Origin: Candidatus Levyibacteriota bacterium
Lineage (GTDB): Bacteria; Patescibacteriota; Microgenomatia; Levybacterales; GWA1-39-11
DNA: 64,000 bases
Assembly (NCBI GenBank): GCA_036788695.1
Contig: DAIQMY010000001.1
Span: 150,792-214,791, forward strand
Reading direction: 5' to 3'
Made by a program: the position numbers and the translations under genes
Part shown: piece after piece, positions 45,968 through 56,771 of the stretch
How positions within the stretch are numbered: position 1 is the stretch's first letter
Layout: every line of letters begins with the position of its first letter
The notes under the pieces: model-generated
Database searches by the model: none
Told to the model about the DNA's origin: nothing
The model's input: the letters and a program-made list of their open reading frames with translations, nothing else

Positions 45968-46020
45968 ATTGCTATAATGGAGTATTCCCTATCATATGGG
46001 AATACTATTATAACTGCAAT

Positions 46021-46698
46021 ATGGAGAAAAAACGGATAATAGCGAATTGGAAATCATATAAGACAGCAGAGGAAACTGTGCTTTTTCTAGATTCGTTGAA
46101 AGCAGCTTGGGACGAATTACCATTGGAGAATAAGGAAATAATAATTCTCCCTTCCTATATGTCTCTTTCGACTGCGTACGTTTATAAAGAGACAGAGAGT
46201 TTACCTATTTTTATAGGGGCGCAAGATATTTCAACATATGATGAGGGGCCATATACCGGTGAGGTAAGCGGGAGGCAGATTTCGGAGTTTTGTCAATTTG
46301 TGCTTATTAACCACTCAGAAAGAAGAAGATACAATCATGAAGGAGACCAAGAGGCAAGAGCAAAAGTTCTTCAAACACTCAAATATAATTTAACACCCCT
46401 GTATTGTGTTCAGGATGAGAACGCTGCAGTACCTGATAATGTATTTGAAATTGTGTATGAGCCTCCTTCCGCAATTTCAACATTCCAGGAAGGAGCAAGA
46501 GTACAAGATGTAGCAGAAATAGAGCGGGTCTTTAGTGTTTTGGGTAAACGGTATCCGCAGGCAAAACTATATTATGGAGGAAGTGTTGATGCAGAGAGTA
46601 TTAAGAATCTAGTGCTTTTACCTCATATTGCAGGATTTTTGGTAGGAAGCGCAAGCTTAAGCCCTGAAAGTTTTGCAAAAATATTAATGGCATGGTAA
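46021..46698 (+). CDS. tpiA: Triosephosphate isomerase (divergent)
   Basis: ANWKSY, GAQD, YTGE, INHSERR, YEPPSAIST, YGGSV and GSASL correspond to the TIM signature blocks (NWK, GAQN, FTGE, GHSERR, YEPVWAIGTG, YGGSV, GGASL). Confidence 0.75.
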   Translation: MEKKRIIANWKSYKTAEETVLFLDSLKAAWDELPLENKEIIILPSYMSLSTAYVYKETESLPIFIGAQDISTYDEGPYTGEVSGRQISEFCQFVLINHSERRRYNHEGDQEARAKVLQTLKYNLTPLYCVQDENAAVPDNVFEIVYEPPSAISTFQEGARVQDVAEIERVFSVLGKRYPQAKLYYGGSVDAESIKNLVLLPHIAGFLVGSASLSPESFAKILMAW

Positions 46699-47834
46699 TA
46701 AATAAAAAAATAGCAATTGGTGTAGGCTTTGTTATTTTAATCATTTTTCTTTTGATTATACTCAAGACACTGCCCATATTTTGGGGAGTATTTATTGATA
46801 AAAAAATTAATGTTAAAAAAAGTGAAAATGGAAACATAAATATATTACTGCTAGGTATTGGAGGGGCAAAACATGATGGGCCAGATTTAACTGACACAAT
46901 TATTTTAGCAAGTATAAATCCTCAGAAAAATATTGTTCACCTGGTTTCAATACCCCGAGACTTATATGTGGATAGTCTACAAAGTAAGATAAATGCAGCA
47001 TATGCAAATGGACAGGAAAAAGGTGGGAAAGGTATATTGCTTGCACGTTCAACTGTTGCCTCAATAACCGGGATAAGGCCGGACTACGTATTTGTATTAG
47101 ATTTTTCTGGGTTTATAAAATTAGTGGATTTGATAGGGGGGATTGATGTGCCTGTTCAAAACACTTTGGATGATTATGCATACCCTGAAGAGGGGAAGGA
47201 GAACGAATTGTGTGGTGTAACAGATGATGGACTTGCTTCTTTTTCTGCGCAAATCGCAACGGGAAGTGCAACAGAATTTGATTTATTTCCTTGTAGATTT
47301 TTACATTTACATGTTCCTGCAGGGGTACAACATATGGATGGTGAGTTAGCATTAAAATTTGTACGCTCAAGGCATGCGCTTGGGCAAGAGGGGTCAGACT
47401 TTGCAAGAAGTAAGCGGCAGCAGTTAGTTATAAACGCAGTAAGAGACAAAATATTATCCCTTGGAACACTTGCGAATCCGGTTAAGTTGATAGGAATAGT
47501 TGGGATATTGGGAGACAATATACGTACGGACATACCAGAAGGGCAATTTGATGATTTTATAAAGCTCGCGCAAAAAATGAAAGGTGCAAAAATTGAAAGC
47601 ACGGTAATAGATGAAGGAGATCTGGGGCAAGAAAGATATGGGTTATTAATAAACCCTCCGCTTCAAGAATATAATGGTCAATGGGTTTTAGCTCCTAGAG
47701 CAGGGCGTGGTAACTATTCAGAAATAAAGACTTATCTTTCATGCGTCTTGAAGGGTGGGAAGTGCTTGATTACAAAAGATAGTGTTGAAATAGTGAAGGC
47801 ACCGCCTAGCGTGACTCCAAGTTCTCATAAGTAA
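46692..47834 (+). CDS. LytR-CpsA-Psr (LCP) family cell-wall glycopolymer transferase
   Basis: N-terminal TM, then NILLLGIGGAKHDGPDLTDTIILASINPQKNIVHLVSIPRDLYV (the LCP core motif). Confidence 0.8.
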   Translation: MVINKKIAIGVGFVILIIFLLIILKTLPIFWGVFIDKKINVKKSENGNINILLLGIGGAKHDGPDLTDTIILASINPQKNIVHLVSIPRDLYVDSLQSKINAAYANGQEKGGKGILLARSTVASITGIRPDYVFVLDFSGFIKLVDLIGGIDVPVQNTLDDYAYPEEGKENELCGVTDDGLASFSAQIATGSATEFDLFPCRFLHLHVPAGVQHMDGELALKFVRSRHALGQEGSDFARSKRQQLVINAVRDKILSLGTLANPVKLIGIVGILGDNIRTDIPEGQFDDFIKLAQKMKGAKIESTVIDEGDLGQERYGLLINPPLQEYNGQWVLAPRAGRGNYSEIKTYLSCVLKGGKCLITKDSVEIVKAPPSVTPSSHK

Positions 47835-50025
47835 TTTTAAAAATTGTAGTTTTCCCGTTTTTACTTTTAAAAATGCGTCGTCCAAGAAGATTAAAGTTAT
47901 TGATATTTAACCCCGAATATTTGCTTTTTTCAAGCTCTCCAACGATTACATATGAGATGTTATACTTTTTAATAATCTGCTTTGCTTCATCATATGTTCC
48001 CGCGTAAGCTTTTCGGATTTCTTCAATTCTTGGTGCGGGCACATCATATGTTCCGCGCCACAACCATTCATGTACTGTCCACCCTAAAATAGTTGGTAAT
48101 CCAGTGTTTGCTGATATTCTTGCAAAGTCCGTATAAGAATCTCCTTGAGCCTCTAGGATAACTGGCTGTCCGTAAACATTTTTTTGCAGAAAATCTATTG
48201 CTTCAAGATCTCCTGGGTATAAATTCACAAGATAGCTAGTTCCATCTAAGCCAGAATAGGTTTTAAAATCACCATAGTATGATTTTATAGCAAAGAATGG
48301 ATAGGTAAGAACAAGAGTAAGTAAGAAAAGGCTAGTAAGTAAGAAAAGTATTTTTAATAGTTTTCTTCGAATTGATATGAGAAGAAAAATGATTATATAG
48401 CCACTTGCTATCCCTAACATGATAAAGGACTGATAAACAAGTTTAAACATGGTATTTGCCCGGTAATGTTGAGGATAAATATCTTTAGCATATAGTATCT
48501 CAGGGAGGAGAATTAAGAGAGTTGATAGGAGAATGAGTATGAGAATAAATAGATTTCTACGCCCAGTTTCTTCAGAAAATGATAAATAGGAAAAATATTT
48601 CTTCCTGTTTTTAGTCTGTATGTTCACGTTTTTTGCAAAAAATAAAAATACAAAGAATACAAAAGCAAAGAAGTAGAAAAATCCATAAAGAATTAACAAC
48701 TGATAAAGTGGAGAGTGCTGGCAGTGGTCCGCCTCAAAAAGAAAGGGTCCAAGTTTTTGTAGATTGGGATAAATGTTAGATACACATAAAACTCCGATTC
48801 CTGAGACGAAAGGTTTGAAAAAGAGACTAAAAGGGATGGTAAAAACAGCATATAGCAATACAGTGATTCCTGCTTCTAATATAAATTTTTCAAAAGCCTG
48901 CTTTAATCCCAGAATTTTTTTAATTGGGAAATACCCTTTTGTTTTCTTAAGCGCTATTTTTACATGGGTAAGACTAAGAGCAAGAAATACAAAAAAGGTT
49001 AGTAGCATATAAATAATTCCATCCCATACATTTGTCATATACATAATGGCAAGCAGAAAAGATAAAAAAACAATTTGTGTTTTTAATAGTTTTTTTGAGT
49101 TAATGATTCCATACAGTAAGGCAATTATGGTAAGTACAAATGGGATATCTGCTACATGCCCATGAAGATCTGATACGACAAATGAATAAAGTGGGAATTC
49201 ATGGATGGTAAATGGAATAAATCTGGTCGCGTTTGGATACCAATAGCTATTTGGAAACAAGTGAGGAGTAAAAGATAAAAGCCATGGAGGCACAGGATTT
49301 TCACCTTTGTATGCTGTAAAAAATGCATAAAGTGTATGTAGGTTTCCTGAGAGTGATATGAGTGTTCCGCCTAATATTCCTCCTAGAACTGAAATCTTTT
49401 TGCCGTATTTATAAAACATACTGTAAAGAATTGAGAAACCCCCAGTGAATGTGAATGCGAAAAGCGTTGCTATCATAAGGTTATAGCTTATGTTTGAAGG
49501 AACTCCTGAAAGTCGTGTTAATACTGCTGCTGTTAAATGCCCAAAAAAGTAATAGTTTATGGAGAAGGGAGCAAGCCAGATATCTTTAGGCGGAAAGTAT
49601 GAGGAGCGAAGTATTGAATTAACAAATCCATAATCCATAAACTTCTCAAGCCCATGGATGCTTGGTTCGTGCGATCGTATATATGCCCAAATGATAATAC
49701 ACAGAAAGAAAAGCACTTCTTGAAGCATAATAATACCTGTATTCTTGAAAGAAAAAGAATAAAAATATTTTTTAAATAGTATAAAATTTATGATTCCTGA
49801 AGCAGTTATGAGAGCAAGGAGTGAATATAGGTGAAATGGTAATACGTGAAGCGTTCCTAGAAGAAGTGATCCGTAAGACAAGATACCAATTCCTACTATT
49901 TTAGAAAAAATATAATATCTGTTTTTTGTATCCTGGAATAAGTACTTCGTGAAGGGTAAAAAAATTATACCAATAATAAAAAGAGTTACCCACCACCTCA
50001 ATATAAAAATAAAATCATTTATCAT
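47806..50025 (-). CDS. Large polytopic membrane protein of the DUF2298/YYY-type (putative glycosyltransferase-associated), 739 aa
   Basis: More than 15 hydrophobic helices. A C-terminal soluble domain with LEAQGDSYTDFARISANTGLPTILGWTVHEWLWRG resembles the conserved C-terminal block of DUF2298 proteins. Confidence 0.45.
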   Translation of the reverse strand: MINDFIFILRWWVTLFIIGIIFLPFTKYLFQDTKNRYYIFSKIVGIGILSYGSLLLGTLHVLPFHLYSLLALITASGIINFILFKKYFYSFSFKNTGIIMLQEVLFFLCIIIWAYIRSHEPSIHGLEKFMDYGFVNSILRSSYFPPKDIWLAPFSINYYFFGHLTAAVLTRLSGVPSNISYNLMIATLFAFTFTGGFSILYSMFYKYGKKISVLGGILGGTLISLSGNLHTLYAFFTAYKGENPVPPWLLSFTPHLFPNSYWYPNATRFIPFTIHEFPLYSFVVSDLHGHVADIPFVLTIIALLYGIINSKKLLKTQIVFLSFLLAIMYMTNVWDGIIYMLLTFFVFLALSLTHVKIALKKTKGYFPIKKILGLKQAFEKFILEAGITVLLYAVFTIPFSLFFKPFVSGIGVLCVSNIYPNLQKLGPFLFEADHCQHSPLYQLLILYGFFYFFAFVFFVFLFFAKNVNIQTKNRKKYFSYLSFSEETGRRNLFILILILLSTLLILLPEILYAKDIYPQHYRANTMFKLVYQSFIMLGIASGYIIIFLLISIRRKLLKILFLLTSLFLLTLVLTYPFFAIKSYYGDFKTYSGLDGTSYLVNLYPGDLEAIDFLQKNVYGQPVILEAQGDSYTDFARISANTGLPTILGWTVHEWLWRGTYDVPAPRIEEIRKAYAGTYDEAKQIIKKYNISYVIVGELEKSKYSGLNINNFNLLGRRIFKSKNGKTTIFKITYENLESR

Positions 50026-50098
50026 TGAATTGAATTATTATACTATATTCTATGTGGATTGAGCGTTTTTCCCAGGAAAGATAGATCAAGTAAGTTTT

Positions 50099-51499
50099 TT
50101 ACCAATTTACCTGTGGAGATTTAAGGCAGGAAGATATATTTTCAAAACCAAATAATTGCATTGTTATTCTATCATTTTTAGGATCAGGGAAAAGTACTTT
50201 ACATTCAGAGAATGGTACAGGGGTGTCATTATCTTTATACCATTTTAGTCTCATTGTTCTACTTCTCGACGCGAAAAGAAATTGTATATTGTATGTAGCT
50301 CCATCATTCCCCGAAATTGTTTTCTCTGTGTTATATATCTTTTGCCCAAAGTACATGTGTGTTCCCCAAATATGCTTTCCTATGATATCAGTTGAAAAAA
50401 ATAAACCTACAATTAAAAACATAAAAAATATATATAAAAAAAATAGCTTTACATATTTGTTTTTTATAGTCCAAATTGCTGTCAGGGATAAAAATAGAAG
50501 AAAAGGGATAATGGGGAGTTCATATCGCGGAATTGTAAAAGTTTGAAATGTTAATATACAAAGAGTATATATTGCCGAAAATAAAAACATAAAAAGAAAG
50601 AGCCTTGAATTTTTACTTCCAGAAGTAATAAAAAGTTTGAAATTTTGTCTATTTTTCCCTACGATTAAATAACGAAATAGGAAAAAAAATGTGATTAGAA
50701 GTAGAACCCATAGAAAATTTAAAAATAAAACTTGAAGAGCGTGAGTTAGGAAAAAGAAATTGATAAATTTAAAGAATAATAGATTGTTTATTATAGTATA
50801 AAAGGAGCCGTGCTGGGCAGTTTCTGAAAATATATAATCTTTCCACGCACTTTTTCCGGATATATGCAAAAATAAAGACCATAAGAGATACGCACTAGCA
50901 GGTAAACCGTACGGAAAGAGAAAGGAAAGATTTTTTAGAAAAGTTTTTTTAATGGGGAAAGTATCTATTATAAAAAAGCTAAGAAGAGCAATAAGACCTG
51001 TTTCCTTTGTTAAAATAAGAAGCGTGAGAGAGAGTGAAAATAAAAACCGTTTCTTTGCCAAAAATAATGCGCAACAAAGTAGCAAAAAACATGTTAGTAG
51101 ATAATCTGTTAAGGCAAAAACTGCCGTTGAGATAAATAGTGGTTGGATTGAAAGAGCTACTGAGAAGAAAATTGCAAATGTTTTATCTATCATGCGCTTT
51201 CCAATATAATAAGCAGATATTATTCCTATAATTCCAGTTATATATCCGAGCAGACTATACGTAACACTATGAACACCTGCGATTTGGAAGATGAGAGCAG
51301 AAATGACCTCTTTTAGAGGAGGATGAATGGAGTTGAATTGAGAAAAGTAAAGCGGAAATCCTCCCTTTAAAAAATAATAAGATTTGACAAAGTCTATGTT
51401 ACCGTCACGTAAAGGAATAACAGTTACAAATGGAATTATTAAAATGGTAAATATAAATAGTGGGATGAGAATATATATATTTTTATATAATATTTTCAT
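50099..51499 (-). CDS. GT-C fold glycosyltransferase (family 39/83-like, ArnT/PMT type)
   Basis: Polytopic membrane protein with an LTKETGL-type loop motif and the overall GT-C topology. 4-nt overlap with the upstream gene. Confidence 0.5.
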   Translation of the reverse strand: MKILYKNIYILIPLFIFTILIIPFVTVIPLRDGNIDFVKSYYFLKGGFPLYFSQFNSIHPPLKEVISALIFQIAGVHSVTYSLLGYITGIIGIISAYYIGKRMIDKTFAIFFSVALSIQPLFISTAVFALTDYLLTCFLLLCCALFLAKKRFLFSLSLTLLILTKETGLIALLSFFIIDTFPIKKTFLKNLSFLFPYGLPASAYLLWSLFLHISGKSAWKDYIFSETAQHGSFYTIINNLLFFKFINFFFLTHALQVLFLNFLWVLLLITFFFLFRYLIVGKNRQNFKLFITSGSKNSRLFLFMFLFSAIYTLCILTFQTFTIPRYELPIIPFLLFLSLTAIWTIKNKYVKLFFLYIFFMFLIVGLFFSTDIIGKHIWGTHMYFGQKIYNTEKTISGNDGATYNIQFLFASRSRTMRLKWYKDNDTPVPFSECKVLFPDPKNDRITMQLFGFENISSCLKSPQVNW

Positions 51500-53139
51500 T
51501 TCGTTAGGATACCCATAATTTCTTGAGAAGAATAATGTTTTATATTTTTAAAAATAATAATTTTTGGATGGTCGTAGACCTGAAATGATTCCTCTGATGC
51601 ATCATCGTTTATTTCAAGCCCAAATAAAGAGGGATACGAGGAGAACTCCGCTACTTTTTTATATCCCAATTTTTCGGCAAAAAGATATTTATAATACTTA
51701 CTTGTTGTAGGATAACTTTCTGGTAAATGGATGAGTGAACCATGAAGTCGTCTTGTCGTAAGACTTATATAGTCAGCAGATGAGAGCATGGTGGCCAAAT
51801 ATTCTCCTTTGTTGCTAAATTCATTATCATAAATTGTAAGCTGTCTAGTGGTAAATGGAGTATCCTTTCCTGGAATATATATAGGGAGTCCGTCATCCCA
51901 GTGTTCTGTAAGCACTATTTCACCTGGCTTAATATTTTCTAACATCCAAAGTGAGGCAGTATATCTTGTCTGCGGTTTTGAGTAAATTGACATATATGAA
52001 ACTGCCCAGAGGACTGTAGCTAGTAAAAATATCCAAAGCATTATCTTCCCAATAAAATTATGTTTTTTTAAAAAAAATGAAAGAGTAAAGGCAGCATAAA
52101 GTGAGAAGAACGGCAAAAGAGGAGTCATATATCTTATAAATTTTGCGTGCCATGAAGCAGCATACAGAAAATAAATAACAGGGAATACGAGAATAAAAAG
52201 ATATGAAACCTGTTTTTTTTTAAAAGTAAAATAAAAGACAAGACCAAATCCTATAATTGATAGAGCAAAAACAGGTCCCATTTGCCAAAACAGATTATAT
52301 ATTTCATACAGATAAGAAATTGTTTTATCAAATTGATGGGTATATGGAACAATTATTCTTCCGGTTGCGACCCCGGTCTCATAATTCATCGATTGTAAAA
52401 ATTTGTGATAAGAAAAGAAAGTATATGGAGAAAAAAGAAAAAAAGTAACAAAGGTCAGTATGACAAAAAACACTAGTTTAAAAATAAAAGAAATAATTTT
52501 TTTCCCCCGACTTTGAAAATCTATTAGAAGAAAACTCAAAAAAGGAATCATCAGAAAAGATAATGCCGTAGTCTTGGCTGCGATCCCTAGTCCAGAAATA
52601 ATAGCGAGTGCGGCAAGCACGAGTGTTTTAGGTTTCTCATAATAACACAAGGAAAGATAGACAAGAAGCGTAATTGTCAAAATAAGAAAGCTTTCAGTGG
52701 TTGCAAAATGTGCTATCTGTATGGAAGAAACAGTAAATGCAAAAATAAAACTTGCAATAATTCCCGTTGTTTTATTGAATAGTTTTTTGCCAAGTAAAAA
52801 TAAAATCAAAATTGTGAGAGTTGAAAAAAATGCAGAAAAAGTTCTTCCAACTTGATTTATATGCCCCCATTCAGTAGTCCAAATGTTTGTTTGCTGTAGG
52901 GAGTTCATAATTTCCCCCGTACTTTTATAGAGATATACAGGCAAGCCCCCATAGGCAAAAAAGTCAGGGTCAAGTTGTGATACAAATTGAACCTTTGTAA
53001 CAGCGTTATCTATATTTCGTTCATCTGGGTGGAAAATTTGATAATTATCCCAATTTGTATTGTAGAAACGCATATATCCACCTATTAAAATAATGAATAC
53101 CACAAGAAGTAATTGAGAGTGTTTTTTAAAAATATTCAT
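51496..53139 (-). CDS. GT-C fold glycosyltransferase (family 39-like, PMT_2 type)
   Basis: First extracytoplasmic loop HPDERN (DE catalytic motif of GT-C enzymes) after TM1. At least 11 TM helices. Confidence 0.55.
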   Translation of the reverse strand: MNIFKKHSQLLLVVFIILIGGYMRFYNTNWDNYQIFHPDERNIDNAVTKVQFVSQLDPDFFAYGGLPVYLYKSTGEIMNSLQQTNIWTTEWGHINQVGRTFSAFFSTLTILILFLLGKKLFNKTTGIIASFIFAFTVSSIQIAHFATTESFLILTITLLVYLSLCYYEKPKTLVLAALAIISGLGIAAKTTALSFLMIPFLSFLLIDFQSRGKKIISFIFKLVFFVILTFVTFFLFSPYTFFSYHKFLQSMNYETGVATGRIIVPYTHQFDKTISYLYEIYNLFWQMGPVFALSIIGFGLVFYFTFKKKQVSYLFILVFPVIYFLYAASWHAKFIRYMTPLLPFFSLYAAFTLSFFLKKHNFIGKIMLWIFLLATVLWAVSYMSIYSKPQTRYTASLWMLENIKPGEIVLTEHWDDGLPIYIPGKDTPFTTRQLTIYDNEFSNKGEYLATMLSSADYISLTTRRLHGSLIHLPESYPTTSKYYKYLFAEKLGYKKVAEFSSYPSLFGLEINDDASEESFQVYDHPKIIIFKNIKHYSSQEIMGILTK

Positions 53140-54416
53140 GAGGAAGATGCGATGTCAGCAATTTTTTGACCTAACTCAACTGCATAATTTGTTCCCCTAT
53201 CCCATGGGTATACCTGTTCAATATTTGCAAGATACACCTTTTTAAAAGGCGTATAGAATGAAGGTATAAATCTGGAATAGTTTGGTGGAATAATAGGCTG
53301 CGCAAAAGGTGCACGAAAAACTTTAAAGGAAATAATATCTTTGTAATACTCTGGATTAATTTTTTTGAGCCATGGGTCATATAACTTTAATAATTTATTC
53401 TCATCCAGGGTAAATCTTGGGTCTGATGTTTCCATGTAGTTTCCGACATATAGTAAATGTTCATTATTATAGTGTTTTTTATCCATAAAATTAGTATGTT
53501 CAACTATAGCAAGTATAGGTGACTTGAGGTCACACATAGAAAGCCAATATGTTCCGTTTGAGAAGAATGGTTTTTTAAGTCGTAACACCAGATTCATAGC
53601 CGCGATGCCCTTGAGTTTTCCGAGTGAATCTTTGTAATCTTCAGGAAGTTGATTGGCAATTTTTTTAAATAAAAATGAAGGAGTTGTGACAATAACTGAG
53701 TCAAATTTTTTTACATACTCTTTTCCACGAGTTACGTATTTTATTGTAACATTATCATCTGATGAGAGATGAGTTACTTCTGTTTTAAAATAAAATGTAC
53801 CTCCCTTTTTTTCTATAACATCTTGTAGATGGGTTGCAAATTCTAAAAAACCTCCTTCAGGGTACGCAAGATTTGAAGTTCTTTTATAAATTCTTGCCCA
53901 AAACCAGGATAATGAAACTTGCCTTGAATATTTTCCTAATTTGTTCACCATTAACGGTTCCCATAATTTCTTATAAGCATTTTCTCCCATACTTTTCATA
54001 AGATAAGGTTCTGCTTTAAATTTTTCGAGAGGTTTCCATAGTGGGTTATATCTAAGTAATGCAAGAGATATTCCCATCCGAAAACGATCAATAATATTTA
54101 ATTTTGGAAATTTTAAAACTGAAAGTGGGGAATCAAGTTGATATATATCATCCTCTACGAAAGAGCAGGTAATTGGACGTTTAACAAGAACTTTGTGGCC
54201 TATCTCGTGTGCCAGGGCTAAAACGCTTTTATCGTTTGTGAACCAGTGGTGATAGTGATATTCAAGTGACCAGTCCCACCCTTTTTCTTTATAGCCAATT
54301 GCAAGCCCGCCAGGCTTAGTATCTAACTCAAAAATGGTAACGGTATGCCCTTTTTTTGTTAAATAATAGGCAGCAGATAATCCTGTGAATCCAGAGCCAA
54401 CAATTGCAATATTCAT
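53136..54416 (-). CDS. FAD/NAD(P)-dependent oxidoreductase (amine-oxidase/PPOX-like Rossmann fold)
   Basis: N-terminal IAIVGSGFTGLSAAYYL...TIFE...GG dinucleotide-binding motif. Confidence 0.6.
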   Translation of the reverse strand: MNIAIVGSGFTGLSAAYYLTKKGHTVTIFELDTKPGGLAIGYKEKGWDWSLEYHYHHWFTNDKSVLALAHEIGHKVLVKRPITCSFVEDDIYQLDSPLSVLKFPKLNIIDRFRMGISLALLRYNPLWKPLEKFKAEPYLMKSMGENAYKKLWEPLMVNKLGKYSRQVSLSWFWARIYKRTSNLAYPEGGFLEFATHLQDVIEKKGGTFYFKTEVTHLSSDDNVTIKYVTRGKEYVKKFDSVIVTTPSFLFKKIANQLPEDYKDSLGKLKGIAAMNLVLRLKKPFFSNGTYWLSMCDLKSPILAIVEHTNFMDKKHYNNEHLLYVGNYMETSDPRFTLDENKLLKLYDPWLKKINPEYYKDIISFKVFRAPFAQPIIPPNYSRFIPSFYTPFKKVYLANIEQVYPWDRGTNYAVELGQKIADIASSS

Positions 54417-54438
54417 AAATAAATTTGAGAAAAAGCCT

Positions 54439-55809
54439 TTATAGTATAAGCAACAATATAGATCCTGACACTATAAAAAGAATTGAGATGGATGTCAAGA
54501 AAATGCTTTGACTGACGCTTCCCGTTGGTGGCAGGGGCGGAGGAGAAGTAGGTGTTATTGCAGTTGCTGTCGGGATAGGGGTCTGTGTAGGGGCTAGGGT
54601 TGGGGTAGAGGACGATGTAGGAGTAGGAGTCGTTGTAAGGTTAATAGTAGGAAGGGCCGTGACGGTTGGTGTGGGTGCTAGTACTTGGGTAGGGGTAGGC
54701 TTTGCGGATGGTGTCGCGTCTTCAGCAATTTGTGAGCCAGATGCAAGAATTGTGAAGGAGCTTGCGACAGTTTTTGTTGCGCCGTTTGCGTCAGCAGCTT
54801 GTAGCTTTATTGTATATGCCCCTTGTGTCAGTGAAACAGCAGGTCTATACGCCCAGTTTCCATTTGGATCAGTTCTTACTTGTACATTTATTAAATCAGG
54901 TTCTGTAGATAGTGCTATAAGCGAATTTGGGAATGCAGTACCTTTGAATTGAGGCTTCTCATCAGTATATGTTTGACCATTTCTAGGTGAAATAATTAGA
55001 ATTTGTGCAGTTTTTTTACCAGTAGGGATTGCAAGAAGGCTTGATTGTGAGCTGAGGTTTTCCTCATCAGTACTAGCAATAAATGAATAGTTGCTAGATA
55101 AGGTAATCGTGGGTATCTCTGTGGATGGGGAATATGTGTATAGTATGTCAGATGTAAGATCCCCTTTTTTTGCGGAGAGGGAAATATGTGTATTAGGCAC
55201 GAGTGTTAGTATTTGGTCATGAGAAGTATTTCGTATAAGGTATGTTGGTATAGAATATTTTCCTTCAGAATTTGTAACAGCAGATATTGGGGCAGCATTC
55301 GGTATTTTAATATCTAATAAAACATCATTTGCGTTTTCGCCATTAGGTAAAATAACTTTTCCTGAAAGTGCATACGTGTTTCCTGAAGAAGGAGCATCTC
55401 CGTCAGCAGTTGTCGTGGTATAGAAGGTTCCATTATCCGTATACTCGTCCCCATTTGACAGGAGTGTGAATTTATATTGTGTATTTGGTTTCAGATTTGT
55501 AACTGTTATGAAATGGTTTATATATGATTGATTTCCCTGAGCGTCTCTGACATCAAATACAACAGAAGGAGAATCCGGATTATTGATTTGTACTGCTGAT
55601 AAGGTGGGGTCAAGCGTTGTAAAAGTTACAGTAAATGAACTATTTGTGATGTTTGATATGGACACGTTTTGTGGTTTTTCGTTAGGAGTTGCTTGGCTTG
55701 ATTTGAACACTCCAATTTGTACTAAAAATGCAGTTACAAAAAGTCCAGAAATAAGTATTATGAATGCAAAAACTGTAGGAATTCTTTTCTGGAATAAGTT
55801 TTTTTTCAT
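54439..55809 (-). CDS. Cell-surface protein with FN3/Ig-like domains, a Pro/Thr-rich stalk and a C-terminal LPPTG motif followed by a hydrophobic segment
   Basis: Signal peptide. FTVTFTTLDPT and other beta-sandwich-like segments. A long PT-repeat. C-terminal PPLPPTGSVSQSIFLTSISILFIVSGSILLLIL. Confidence 0.5.
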   Translation of the reverse strand: MKKNLFQKRIPTVFAFIILISGLFVTAFLVQIGVFKSSQATPNEKPQNVSISNITNSSFTVTFTTLDPTLSAVQINNPDSPSVVFDVRDAQGNQSYINHFITVTNLKPNTQYKFTLLSNGDEYTDNGTFYTTTTADGDAPSSGNTYALSGKVILPNGENANDVLLDIKIPNAAPISAVTNSEGKYSIPTYLIRNTSHDQILTLVPNTHISLSAKKGDLTSDILYTYSPSTEIPTITLSSNYSFIASTDEENLSSQSSLLAIPTGKKTAQILIISPRNGQTYTDEKPQFKGTAFPNSLIALSTEPDLINVQVRTDPNGNWAYRPAVSLTQGAYTIKLQAADANGATKTVASSFTILASGSQIAEDATPSAKPTPTQVLAPTPTVTALPTINLTTTPTPTSSSTPTLAPTQTPIPTATAITPTSPPPLPPTGSVSQSIFLTSISILFIVSGSILLLIL

Positions 55810-55814
55810 ACTAG

Positions 55815-56153
55815 TTATATTTCCGGGATAGATATCTCATTCGGGTTGTCTATGCTTGTTGTAGGAGTAGGTAATAGTATTGATTGTGATTGAGTTGGCG
55901 TTGGTAAAGGTGGGGTAGGCGTAGGTGACGCGCTTTGTGTGGCAATATTTTGACCCAAATCCACCGGTATCTGAAGTCGTGATCTGAGGTCTTCAATTGT
56001 CTGATTATTAAAATTTGGTGAAATAGGAATAATTTGCTCAGTTACATTACTGTTAATCGTTGACGCGTTGAAAATGTTATAGATAGTCAATGATATCCAC
56101 ACGAGAACTACAAACGTTGTAAATACTGCAAGGTATGCTAAATTTTTTAACAT
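55815..56153 (-). CDS. Membrane-anchored Pro/Thr-rich small protein (112 aa), hypothetical
   Basis: N-terminal TM helix followed by a PTPTPPLPTPTQ low-complexity region. Confidence 0.35.
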   Translation of the reverse strand: MLKNLAYLAVFTTFVVLVWISLTIYNIFNASTINSNVTEQIIPISPNFNNQTIEDLRSRLQIPVDLGQNIATQSASPTPTPPLPTPTQSQSILLPTPTTSIDNPNEISIPEI

Positions 56154-56165
56154 AGATATATTTGT

Positions 56166-56771
56166 TTATTCTTTTGCAAAGTACGCTTTGCCTGAAAACG
56201 ATAGTTCTAATTGTCCTTTGTCTGTTTTTCCAGTTGTAATTTTTTGAATACTAATTATTCTTTGGAAATTCGTTACGTTTTCAATAAACGTATTAACATT
56301 TTGTTCGCTTCCTGTTACATCAACTGTTATTGCATATCCGTATAACTTCCCACCTGCTTCAAGTGGATAATATTGAAGGGGAGACACGGTTAGCGACCCA
56401 AGTTCAACCTGATTTCTAGATGCCAATGTTTCAATTTGTCGAGTTAGTGTTGGAATATCTGGTATTACTGGAATTGCATTATATATTAATGGCAAATCCG
56501 GCTTGATTTGTGAATACTCAGCATCAAGACTCTGAAGTGCTGCAAGTTTTTTCTGCAAAGCAACATAAACATTCTTATTGTCCTCAAGTTTTTTTTGTAG
56601 ATTAGTAATAGTAGAAATAGCAGGTCGGAGAATAAAAAACCCAAAGAAAGATACTGAAAAAAGAGTGAACACTATGTATAAATAAGCGCCTGTTTCCTTT
56701 CTGGTTTTGACGCGTAAAAATTCCTGACGTAGCCAATATACTGGTTGTTTCTTTTTTTGTTCCGTGTTCAT
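56166..56771 (-). CDS. PilO-like type IV pilus assembly protein candidate
   Basis: Short cytoplasmic N-terminus, one TM, a coiled-coil segment (LQKKLEDNKNVYVALQKKLAALQSL) and a C-terminal alpha/beta domain. 4-nt overlap with the upstream PilN-like gene. Confidence 0.45.
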   Translation of the reverse strand: MNTEQKKKQPVYWLRQEFLRVKTRKETGAYLYIVFTLFSVSFFGFFILRPAISTITNLQKKLEDNKNVYVALQKKLAALQSLDAEYSQIKPDLPLIYNAIPVIPDIPTLTRQIETLASRNQVELGSLTVSPLQYYPLEAGGKLYGYAITVDVTGSEQNVNTFIENVTNFQRIISIQKITTGKTDKGQLELSFSGKAYFAKE

